This document shows, piece by piece, positions 1 to 8,225 of a DNA stretch of 46,760 nt. The translations under genes and the position numbers were made by a program. The notes under the pieces are model-generated. The model saw nothing but the letters and a program-made list of their open reading frames with translations, did not search any database and was not told the origin of the DNA. Position 1 is the first letter of the stretch; each line of letters starts with the position of its first letter. Source of the stretch: Promethearchaeota archaeon (lineage in GTDB: Archaea; Asgardarchaeota; Lokiarchaeia; Sigyniarchaeales; SOKP01); the NCBI GenBank assembly GCA_048940925.1, contig JBHLOC010000037.1:1-46760 (forward strand). The letters are read 5' to 3'.

Positions 1-92
1 TATCTTTCATTTAATTCTTTAAATCTTAATTTTGGTAATTTATATTTATTAAACTTTCTACAAATGTGAATATAATTTTCGATATTTATCAT
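1..92 (-). CDS. 5' fragment of a CDS running off the window edge (MINIENYIHICRKFNKYKLPKLRFKELNER...); possibly the TadB/TadC-type membrane platform of the pilus operon
   Basis: ATG at 92, 13 nt after the stop of 106..528; frame open to the edge; function inferred only from its position after a pilus ATPase and a pilin-like gene. Confidence 0.45.
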   Translation of the reverse strand, partial: MINIENYIHICRKFNKYKLPKLRFKELNER

Positions 93-105
93 AAAATTTA
101 AAGGA

Positions 106-528
106 TTAATGTAAATTAATAAAATTTAAAATAATAGATGATGATGAGTAAGATACATTAAGAAGATATAACTTAGACGGAATATTTTTAAAAGATTTTT
201 TATAAAAACTAGTATTATAAACTAAAACCTTGTTATAAATCTCGTTTTTGATTATAAAATCAAAAATAATATAATACTCGTTAATAGTTAGATTAGTTTT
301 ACAGGGATAATAAACTTCCCTAAGATAATCCTCATCAGGATTTTGTATGATAAATTGAACAGCTTTATCAATTTCGTCAATAAAAAATAAATATGGCTCT
401 AAATCGTTGTTATTGCTTTTATTAAATTCTGAAAGGTGATCTAAAAAAGGTATTACTAATGAAAAGAAAATTGTTAATGTGAAAATACCAAAACCTAATA
501 ACAATGACTTCTCTAATAAATTTGTCAT
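106..528 (-). CDS. Pilin/pseudopilin-like (TadE-like) single-pass membrane protein
   Basis: N-terminal (M)TNLLEKSLLLGFGIF followed by a hydrophobic helix; matches the mature N-terminus of the Flp-like pilin at 11234..11437; directly downstream of the ATPase. Confidence 0.55.
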   Translation of the reverse strand: MTNLLEKSLLLGFGIFTLTIFFSLVIPFLDHLSEFNKSNNNDLEPYLFFIDEIDKAVQFIIQNPDEDYLREVYYPCKTNLTINEYYIIFDFIIKNEIYNKVLVYNTSFYKKSFKNIPSKLYLLNVSYSSSSIILNFINLH

Positions 529-549
529 ATAAAGTAAAATTGATATTAA

Positions 550-2727
550 TTAATTTAAACTTCGAGTCTTTTTCCAACAGTCCCAAAAATATATTAATGA
601 TTCTATTGATTTAGAGGAGTAATAAGAAATCCTATGAAATAATTCAATTAGTTCATTATTCTCAATTTTATGGATTTTTGATAAAAATTCAAAAATATCG
701 TAATATATGTTTATATATAAGTTGAATTTATTTTCAGACAAATCTTCATATTTTCTTAATTCAGAAATAATACTAGTATTAAAAAGATTTTTCAATAATT
801 TCCAATTCTTAAATTTAGGACTATATTGAAAAATTGAGCTATAGTATTTATCATCTTTGTAATTAATTTTATCAATTTCGACTAATGATACAATTCTTCT
901 TCTATTAAAGTCTTTTTTCATTAAAATTATAAGATCCAAATCATATAGACATGATTTATTAATTTTGAAATGATAGAGGAAGCGATGAATTAAAGACTCT
1001 ATATTATTTGAATGAATTGTTTGAAATCCTTTTAATCCTGCCGCTAAACAGTGAAATAAGGCTTCAGTTTCCTCTTTAGTTAAAATTTCACCTAAGTATA
1101 TTATATCGGGTGTTCTATGTAAAAGTGTTTTAATCAGGATACTTTTTGAATGATTTTGTTTAATTAAGTCGTCTAAAGAATCAGCTCTATATTTTAGCTG
1201 ATGTTTGCCAAATTTATTTTGGTTTAAAGATTCAGTAATATTTTCTACATATATCTTTCTAAATTCCTTTGGAGCTAATAAATCCAAAGCATTAATTAAT
1301 GTTGTTTTTCCTGTATCTGTTTCACCCGTAACTGTTATATTGTTTTTTCGCAATAAATTAAAATATAAAAATGCTGCCATTAATGGGTCTAATGTATTAC
1401 ATTTTAGTAAATCTTGTATAGTAAGAATATTTTTATTCAATTTACGTATATCTAAAGCAAATCCGTTTATTTGGATTGGATCAATATCAATAGCAAATCT
1501 ACAATTAAAAAATTTGTTTTTTATGACGTATTTTACTTGCGGATTCATATAATCCAATCTTTTACCACTGTATAATCTTATCAATGTTTTAAGACGTTCG
1601 ATATCTTTCAAAGTAAATCTAATAGAAGTCCTGCATCTACCAAACTCTTGATGATTTATGTAAATTTCATCATTTGGAGAATCTAAGAATATTTCTTCAA
1701 TTGAATTGTCAATTAGTAATGGGAATAGCTTATGTAGATTTAACTTTTTTAGCGTAGTTAAGTAAGCAATGCATGATTTATCAATCTTAGAGAATTTGTA
1801 TTTCAAATTCAGATCTTTTAATATTTCATCTTTATAAATTTCAATTAAAGTCTCAAGAGGAATAATATGATTGAATTCTTTAACTTCAATGTTTTGAATT
1901 AAATCATTGATAATTTTTTCAGAGAAATCAAAGTTTTCATAATCTTTTGAATTAAGTTTAACAAAATATCTTTTTTCATATTCAAATGGCGTTCTATATA
2001 CTTGTATTTGAAAAATTTCATCTTCTCCGATTGTATATTCTGATAATAAACTAAGATTCTCATTTAAGGAAGAATTTCTGTATATATGAGTTTTTTCTTC
2101 TAAAAAAGAAAATTTAGAGAAAATATATTCGTAGAAATTAATAAATTTCCGCGTATAAGTTTTATTATTTTGAAATGTCTTAAATTCTTTAATAACATTT
2201 AGGTTTTCTAAAAGATTTATAATGTAATTCTCCGAATTCTTAATATAAGTGTAACATTTCTCACATTTCGGATCCAAAATAATTTTTTTTTCAGATCTTA
2301 TATTTTTTTTAGTAAATAATTCAAATACGAAAATTGGATCGTTATACTCAAAATCTTGGATGAGATTTGCCGAAGAAAAACTCGTCATAAATTTACATTT
2401 AAATTCTCCATAAATACATTTTTTATTCTTAATTTCTTCTATTTTTTTATTTACTTTTTTGATTTTATTTAATTTTTTAAAATAATCTAGAATTAAATTG
2501 AGATTATGAGATTCAATCGTAAAATCTCTACCTAATAAAGAAATTTCATTTATCCTTTTCTTTCTATTTTTAAATAAAATAGATAATAGACAGTAACGAC
2601 AAGATATGTTTTTAAAGAAGTTCTTATCTTTATCAAGACATTTATTGCAATCAATCAATAAAATAGCTTCTTTCTTACCATCTAAATTTTCTCTTTCTTG
2701 AAAATAATTTAAATTTTCTGTAGTCAT
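550..2727 (-). CDS. Type II/IV secretion / pilus assembly ATPase (TadA/CpaF/VirB11 family) with a Cys-rich N-terminal extension
   Basis: Walker A GETDTGKTT, Asp-box-like VENITE, Walker B PDIIYLGE, His-box TIHS, ALDIRK motif. Confidence 0.88.
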   Translation of the reverse strand: MTTENLNYFQERENLDGKKEAILLIDCNKCLDKDKNFFKNISCRYCLLSILFKNRKKRINEISLLGRDFTIESHNLNLILDYFKKLNKIKKVNKKIEEIKNKKCIYGEFKCKFMTSFSSANLIQDFEYNDPIFVFELFTKKNIRSEKKIILDPKCEKCYTYIKNSENYIINLLENLNVIKEFKTFQNNKTYTRKFINFYEYIFSKFSFLEEKTHIYRNSSLNENLSLLSEYTIGEDEIFQIQVYRTPFEYEKRYFVKLNSKDYENFDFSEKIINDLIQNIEVKEFNHIIPLETLIEIYKDEILKDLNLKYKFSKIDKSCIAYLTTLKKLNLHKLFPLLIDNSIEEIFLDSPNDEIYINHQEFGRCRTSIRFTLKDIERLKTLIRLYSGKRLDYMNPQVKYVIKNKFFNCRFAIDIDPIQINGFALDIRKLNKNILTIQDLLKCNTLDPLMAAFLYFNLLRKNNITVTGETDTGKTTLINALDLLAPKEFRKIYVENITESLNQNKFGKHQLKYRADSLDDLIKQNHSKSILIKTLLHRTPDIIYLGEILTKEETEALFHCLAAGLKGFQTIHSNNIESLIHRFLYHFKINKSCLYDLDLIILMKKDFNRRRIVSLVEIDKINYKDDKYYSSIFQYSPKFKNWKLLKNLFNTSIISELRKYEDLSENKFNLYINIYYDIFEFLSKIHKIENNELIELFHRISYYSSKSIESLIYFWDCWKKTRSLN

Positions 2728-2857
2728 TTAAACTTTTTTTGTAAAGAAAATTTTAAACACCCCTCTTTTATTCATCAGTGAAAATAGACATGTTTAAATT
2801 TCAATAAAAAAATTTATTTATTTTAAAAGATTTTTTATAAAGATTTCGTGATAAAAT

Positions 2858-3877
2858 ATGGCTCATCGAAAAAAACATGCACCAAGACATGGATCTCTAG
2901 CATTTCTACCAAGAAAAAGAGCAGCAACAATAAAATCCAGAGTAAGAAATTGGATAAATAATGGAGATGATATTATTCTTCTTGGATTTGCTGGTTTTAA
3001 AGTTGGCATGACTCATATCATATATATTGAGGATCAACCAAACAGTCCTTACTATGGAAAGGAATTATTGAAACCTGTTACTATTATTGAAGTTCCTCCA
3101 TTACTACTCATAGGACTTAGAGTATATAATAAAGATGAGTATGGAAAATTTATTATTGGAGAAATTTACAATAATGATTTTAATAAATTCTTAGCCCGAA
3201 AAATTAATCTTCCTGAAAGAGAAAATTATAATAAAACAGAATTAAAAAATAAAATCTTAGAAAAATTAAATTATACTAGTGATATTAGAGGGATTTTTCA
3301 AACTCAACCCTATAGAACGTCACTACCAAGAAAAAAGCCAGATTTAATTGAAATTAAGATAAATTCAACAAATCAAATAGAAAAAGAATTTAACTTTCTA
3401 TTTGATAACTTAGGAAAAGAAATTAGAGCTCGAGAAGTATTAAAAGAAGGAGAATTGGTAGACGTTATTGGTGTAACTAAAGGAAAAGGATTCCAAGGAC
3501 CTGTTAAGAGATTTGGAGTTAAAATTTTGACTAGAAAAAATAGCAAAATCAGAAGAGCTGTAGCATGTATTGGCCCTTGGCATCCTGCAAGGGTATTATA
3601 CACCGTACCTCGTGCTGGACAGCTAGGTTTTCACCAAAGAACTGAATATCATAAAAGAATTATGTTAATTGGTGAAAATGAAGAAGAAATTAATCCAAAG
3701 GGCGGATTTATTAGATATGGTAAAATTCGAGGAGATTACTTATTATTATTAGGATCAATTCCAGGATCCAAGAAAAGATTAGTAAGATTAAGGAAAACAA
3801 TTCGACCCATAAAATCATTCATAGTTAAAGCACCAGAAATTACCTTTATAAGCAGAGAAAGTCAACAGCGAAAGTAA
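2858..3877 (+). CDS. rpl3: 50S ribosomal protein uL3
   Basis: APRHGSLAFLPRKRA, GFKVGMTH, TKGKGFQG, IGPWHPARV, AGQLGFHQRTE. Confidence 0.98.
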   Translation: MAHRKKHAPRHGSLAFLPRKRAATIKSRVRNWINNGDDIILLGFAGFKVGMTHIIYIEDQPNSPYYGKELLKPVTIIEVPPLLLIGLRVYNKDEYGKFIIGEIYNNDFNKFLARKINLPERENYNKTELKNKILEKLNYTSDIRGIFQTQPYRTSLPRKKPDLIEIKINSTNQIEKEFNFLFDNLGKEIRAREVLKEGELVDVIGVTKGKGFQGPVKRFGVKILTRKNSKIRRAVACIGPWHPARVLYTVPRAGQLGFHQRTEYHKRIMLIGENEEEINPKGGFIRYGKIRGDYLLLLGSIPGSKKRLVRLRKTIRPIKSFIVKAPEITFISRESQQRK

Positions 3878-3899
3878 AATAAATTATAGGAGGGATTAT

Positions 3900-4688
3900 A
3901 TGGATAAAGTTAACGTTTATAGTTTAGAAGGAGAAAAAAAAGATTTAATTGATAAACCACCAATTTTTTACATTAAGCCAAGAAAAGATGTAATTCAAAT
4001 GGCAAACTCTGTTTCACAAAGTAAAAATAAGCAAAATCAGGGGAGAGATAGGGGAGCTGGTTTAAAAAGTATCGCAGAAAGTTGGGGAACAGGACATGGT
4101 ATGTCAAGAGCACCAAGAATAAAAGGTTCAGGTTTTCTTACAGCTCGACATGTAGGTAGAGTTCCTTTTGCTAAAGGAGGGAGAAGAACACATCCTATTA
4201 AAACTGAAAAAATAATGAATAAAAAAATGAATAAAAAAATGAATAAATTATCCATTATTTCTGCGATCTCTGCTTCTGGAGATGAAAATTGGGTAGATTC
4301 AAGAGGTTATAAAACGGATGATTTACTGGAAATACCTTTAGTTGTTGATGATAAAATTCAGACTATTAAAAAAACCAATAGAATTTATTCAATTTTATGT
4401 AATTTAGGATTGAGAAACGAGTTATTAAAAATGAAAAATGGCAGAAAAATTAGAGCTGGAAAGGGTAAACTTAGAGGTCGTAAATATAAAAACAAAAAGG
4501 GAATACTAATTATCATAAAGGATGATTTTGGGATTTCAAAAGCATCTAGAAATATTCCAGGTACGGACGTAGTAACAATTAACAATCTATCGATTAATGA
4601 TTTGGCACCGGGAGGTGCTCCAGGCAGAATAATTTTATGGACACAATCAGCTTTCAATGAATTAAATAATATTGAGGTGCGTTTTTAA
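3900..4688 (+). CDS. rpl4: 50S ribosomal protein uL4
   Basis: [24 protein letters not shown]; SD GGAGG upstream; follows rpl3. Confidence 0.97.
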   Translation: MDKVNVYSLEGEKKDLIDKPPIFYIKPRKDVIQMANSVSQSKNKQNQGRDRGAGLKSIAESWGTGHGMSRAPRIKGSGFLTARHVGRVPFAKGGRRTHPIKTEKIMNKKMNKKMNKLSIISAISASGDENWVDSRGYKTDDLLEIPLVVDDKIQTIKKTNRIYSILCNLGLRNELLKMKNGRKIRAGKGKLRGRKYKNKKGILIIIKDDFGISKASRNIPGTDVVTINNLSINDLAPGGAPGRIILWTQSAFNELNNIEVRF

Positions 4689-4689
4689 A

Positions 4690-4953
4690 GTGGAGAAGTT
4701 TTATCCTATTATAAAGAGACCTTCGATAACTGAAAAAACTTTTGACTTAATTGAAAAAGAAAATAAATTGGTATTTATAGTTAATCGAACTGCGAACAAA
4801 AACCAAATTAGAAAAGCGGTAGAAAAGATCCATAATGTGAAAGTAATAAAAGTAAATACTTTAATAACTTCGAAAGGAGAAAAAAAAGCTTTTGTGAAGT
4901 TACATCCAGATTATTCGGCGCAAGATATTGCTATTGATTTAGGGATATTTTAG
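4690..4953 (+). CDS. rpl23: 50S ribosomal protein uL23
   Basis: [28 protein letters not shown]; GTG start at 4690 preferred over TTG at 4672 because of SD GAGGTG at 4674-4679. Confidence 0.96.
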   Translation: MEKFYPIIKRPSITEKTFDLIEKENKLVFIVNRTANKNQIRKAVEKIHNVKVIKVNTLITSKGEKKAFVKLHPDYSAQDIAIDLGIF

Positions 4954-6075
4954 TTAATTTATATCCTTAAAAATTGTAAGATCAAAATTTGAAATATTAT
5001 TGAGGAAAATAATTTCAAAATTTTTTAATTTATCAATCGCTTGTATTTGAGATAATTTTTCGTAATCTATTTTATTCCATATTAACAAATAGATATAATA
5101 TTTTAAGTAATATTTTTTGATTAATCGTTGAATATAATTTGATTCTAATGTTGGTAAGATAACAACTATAAATACTTGTTCAATAAGGAATAATTTATTA
5201 CTGAGTCTAGTAAATCTAATTTTATTATTAATTAAATTTTGCTCAAACTCTGAATTAAATTTCAATAATGGTGGTAAAAAATATTGTTCTTTAGTTAGGA
5301 ATAAATTATAAAAAAGTGTTAGAGGATAGCTATCATCAGAAATTCTTATTCTCCATAAAAGATCGAATATGTTGTTAGTTTTAACATCCCGTTTTTTTAT
5401 TAAGTTAACATTAAAGAAACTGTTTACAATTTTAATGATATCTGAATTATGATTAACTTTATCATACACTTCAACAAAATATGGATATATTTGTATTTCT
5501 TCTGTGAAATTAATGTGGATATTGAAGATTAAGTACCCAGCTCGACTATAATTTTGAATTAGACGTGAAAATGAATCAATAAAAGAATTTTTATTTTCTA
5601 AATGTAATAAATTAATTTTATAAAAATCTAATAAGCTTAATTTTTTTTCATTTTTGATTAAAAGTGTCCCTGACTTTTCTGTAATTATTTTATTCGAATT
5701 TATTTCTTCAGAAATAATTCCTAAAAAAAGTCTTTCTAACGTGCTATTTTCCATAAATTTAATCGATTTTTTGTATTTGGCTAAATTTTGATGAATTATA
5801 TGAAAAGTTTTGATAATTCCATCTTTTTCTTTATCTTCAAAATTTAAAATAATTGTTAATTTTTCATTGGTAGTGGTATATATTTGAATAGAATAATAAT
5901 GAATAAACCTTTGTCTTAGGAATTCATTCAATGATAATATTATTGGATTAAAAGATTTTGATTCAATTACAGCAAATGCCATAAATTTGTTATAGTTGTT
6001 AAAACTCTTATAATAAATTAGGAACCCATCAACTATATAAGAAAATAATTTATATTTACCTTTTTTTACCATCAA
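4954..6075 (-). CDS. Hypothetical protein
   Basis: 373-aa ORF convergent with rpl23; no motif recognised. Confidence 0.7.
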   Translation of the reverse strand: MMVKKGKYKLFSYIVDGFLIYYKSFNNYNKFMAFAVIESKSFNPIILSLNEFLRQRFIHYYSIQIYTTTNEKLTIILNFEDKEKDGIIKTFHIIHQNLAKYKKSIKFMENSTLERLFLGIISEEINSNKIITEKSGTLLIKNEKKLSLLDFYKINLLHLENKNSFIDSFSRLIQNYSRAGYLIFNIHINFTEEIQIYPYFVEVYDKVNHNSDIIKIVNSFFNVNLIKKRDVKTNNIFDLLWRIRISDDSYPLTLFYNLFLTKEQYFLPPLLKFNSEFEQNLINNKIRFTRLSNKLFLIEQVFIVVILPTLESNYIQRLIKKYYLKYYIYLLIWNKIDYEKLSQIQAIDKLKNFEIIFLNNISNFDLTIFKDIN

Positions 6076-6357
6076 TATTTATTTTCTGATAAAAATATAA
6101 AAACATACAAATTATTTTTGGATCTTTTTATGTTTATTATTTAATTCAATAAAAATAAGAGAGGGTAATATGGTCGATAATATTATTTTATTTTAGAGAT
6201 TAAATTGAATTTAATAAATAGGTCTGAGATTCAATATATTTCTTGATTTATTTAGGACTATTAGCTAGTCTATATAAGTATTAATCTAATATCCATAATT
6301 TTAAAGTTTCATCAATTTTATAATAAATTAATCTAAATTTTATTTTAGGTTATATAT

Positions 6358-7620
6358 TTGTTAAATTCGATTAAAAAATTTTTATATAATTTAAATCCTG
6401 ATATCATAGTTCAAGCTCCATCAAGAATTAATTTAATTAATCCATTAGATGCTGTCGAAGGGGATTATTGGATGCCATCTATTGCAATAACGGGAATTAA
6501 TAATCCACTTTCAGTTTTTCTATATATAAAAAAAATTGAAAAAGAAAGTAAATTGAAAATATATCAATTTGAATATGTTGGTAAATCATATACTATTAAT
6601 TTAATTAGTGAGGAAACGTTATTAAAAAATTTAGAACAAATTAAAGAGAAAATTTCAAATAAAAATAAGTTAGTTTATGCTAGTATATATAGATTCTGTA
6701 AATTTAATTCTTGTTTTGAAAAGAATTATATTAAAAGTAATTTTGAAATTGGCTTAATTTCAACAATTCCACAACAAAGTGGTTTAGGGGGAAGTGCTGC
6801 AATAATTATTGCCACTCTTTACGGATTTGCAAAATTTTTCAATTTGTATAATAATTTTAATTTATTGAAACCAAATGAATTTCCAATAAATAAGGATGTA
6901 ATTGCTGAAATGGCAACTAAAATAGAAGATGATGATTTAAAAGTTACAGCAGGTTATGGGGATCGCTATGTAATAAGTAGAGGGGGATTGTGTTTTTGTT
7001 CTTATTATGGTAAATTATTTCATAGGGAGTTATCGCAAGAACCACTTGCTACTTATGATAGAATCGATCATACATATGGTATAAAGGATATTCCAATTAT
7101 CATCTGTTTTTCTGGTATATCACATCATAGTGGAAATGTTCATGGAAGACTAAGGAGACTTTATTTAGCAAAAGAGCAAAAAATATTGTATAATTATAAA
7201 AAATTGGCAGATATAGCATGGAAATCTAGATTTGCAATTATGAAACATGATTGGAAGTTATTAGGTAAATATTTTAAAGAAAATACAAATGTTATGAATT
7301 CGGTAATGCAAGATGCTGGTTTTAAATACGGAATTGGTTTAGCCAATAATATTTTAATAGAGATAGTAGAAAAACATCCCGATGTATATGCAGCTAAGCT
7401 AACTGGCGCTGGTGGAGGTGGTTCAGTTTTCGCATTAGTTAATCCAGAAGAGATTGACGCTGTTTTATCATTTTGGAAAGAAAAATTAGTTGATTTAATT
7501 CATAATAAAAAAAAATTTATTTCTAAGTTTCCATCATATCCTATTGAAATCACTGATCAACTTAAAAATGCTCAATTTTATAAAATTAAAATTAATACTG
7601 ATGGTGTGAAAAAGTTATAA
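6358..7620 (+). CDS. GHMP-superfamily kinase (sugar-1-kinase-like: HddA/glucuronokinase/galactokinase group)
   Basis: APSRINL, PxxxGLGGSAA (PQQSGLGGSAA), C-terminal AKLTGAGGGG. Confidence 0.85.
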   Translation: MLNSIKKFLYNLNPDIIVQAPSRINLINPLDAVEGDYWMPSIAITGINNPLSVFLYIKKIEKESKLKIYQFEYVGKSYTINLISEETLLKNLEQIKEKISNKNKLVYASIYRFCKFNSCFEKNYIKSNFEIGLISTIPQQSGLGGSAAIIIATLYGFAKFFNLYNNFNLLKPNEFPINKDVIAEMATKIEDDDLKVTAGYGDRYVISRGGLCFCSYYGKLFHRELSQEPLATYDRIDHTYGIKDIPIIICFSGISHHSGNVHGRLRRLYLAKEQKILYNYKKLADIAWKSRFAIMKHDWKLLGKYFKENTNVMNSVMQDAGFKYGIGLANNILIEIVEKHPDVYAAKLTGAGGGGSVFALVNPEEIDAVLSFWKEKLVDLIHNKKKFISKFPSYPIEITDQLKNAQFYKIKINTDGVKKL

Positions 7621-7663
7621 TTTATCATAAATATTATAAATTAAAGAAGTTAGGAGATTTAAT

Positions 7664-7840
7664 TTGAGTAAATTCGAACGTTATAAAAAAGAAACCGGAA
7701 CTTACATATATCCTCATAAACACTGCAAGAATTGCGGTGAGATGATATCTGAAGAATTCACTTACTGTGCAGAATGCTATACCAAGCTAAAAGAAAAAAA
7801 AAAGCGAAAGTTGTTTAGTAGAAAGAAGAAAACCTCATAA
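7664..7840 (+). CDS. Small basic zinc-ribbon protein (DUF2116-like), 58 aa, absent from the ORF track
   Basis: TTG start with SD AGGAG at 7652-7656; MSKFERYKKETGTYIYPHKHCKNCGEMISEEFTYCAECYTKLKEKKKRKLFSRKKKTS; HxHCxxCG...CxxC. Confidence 0.8.
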   Translation: MSKFERYKKETGTYIYPHKHCKNCGEMISEEFTYCAECYTKLKEKKKRKLFSRKKKTS

Positions 7841-8225
7841 TTTTAACAGTGATTTTAAGACAAAGAAAATTAAAAATATTAAATTAATTAATCAACTCTA
7901 TTCTAATAAAGTTAAAAAAAAAAATCCACACATGGGCTATATTTAATTGCTACTTAACTTTAATAATTCAAAAGAAATTTTCTCATTAAGGTGTCACAAA
8001 TTATTATTTCTTTTAATATTCCAATATATATATTCTGAATGTGTTTTTCCTGTTGCTAAAGTAATTAGTTCTTCATTTCTCTCTAAAATTTTTTCAACGA
8101 TTTCTACTAACCAGCAAATTGGATATTCTTTAGCCAAAATATCCCCATATTTTAGCTAATTCTTTATAGTTTTAATGAATATATTTATTTATCATTTTTG
8201 ATTTTAAATGATAGTGAAGTGAATA

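Noticed and set aside
1205-1552. ORF antisense to the pilus ATPase; likewise 3373..3603, 4037..4255, 4385..4657, 14144..14383, 16272..16460, 17595..17837, 17966..18166, 22093..22281, 25851..26048, 30499..30804, 32182..32418, 36418..36600, 38206..38418, 40880..41164, 42068..42460, 43321..43596, 44146..44445
   Set aside because: Shadow ORFs on the opposite strand of well-supported genes, with no motifs.
7947-8159. 70-aa plus-strand ORF, and an overlapping minus-strand frame of about 47 aa (LAKEYPICWLVEIVEK...)
   Set aside because: No recognisable motif or clear SD; cannot decide which, if either, is coding.
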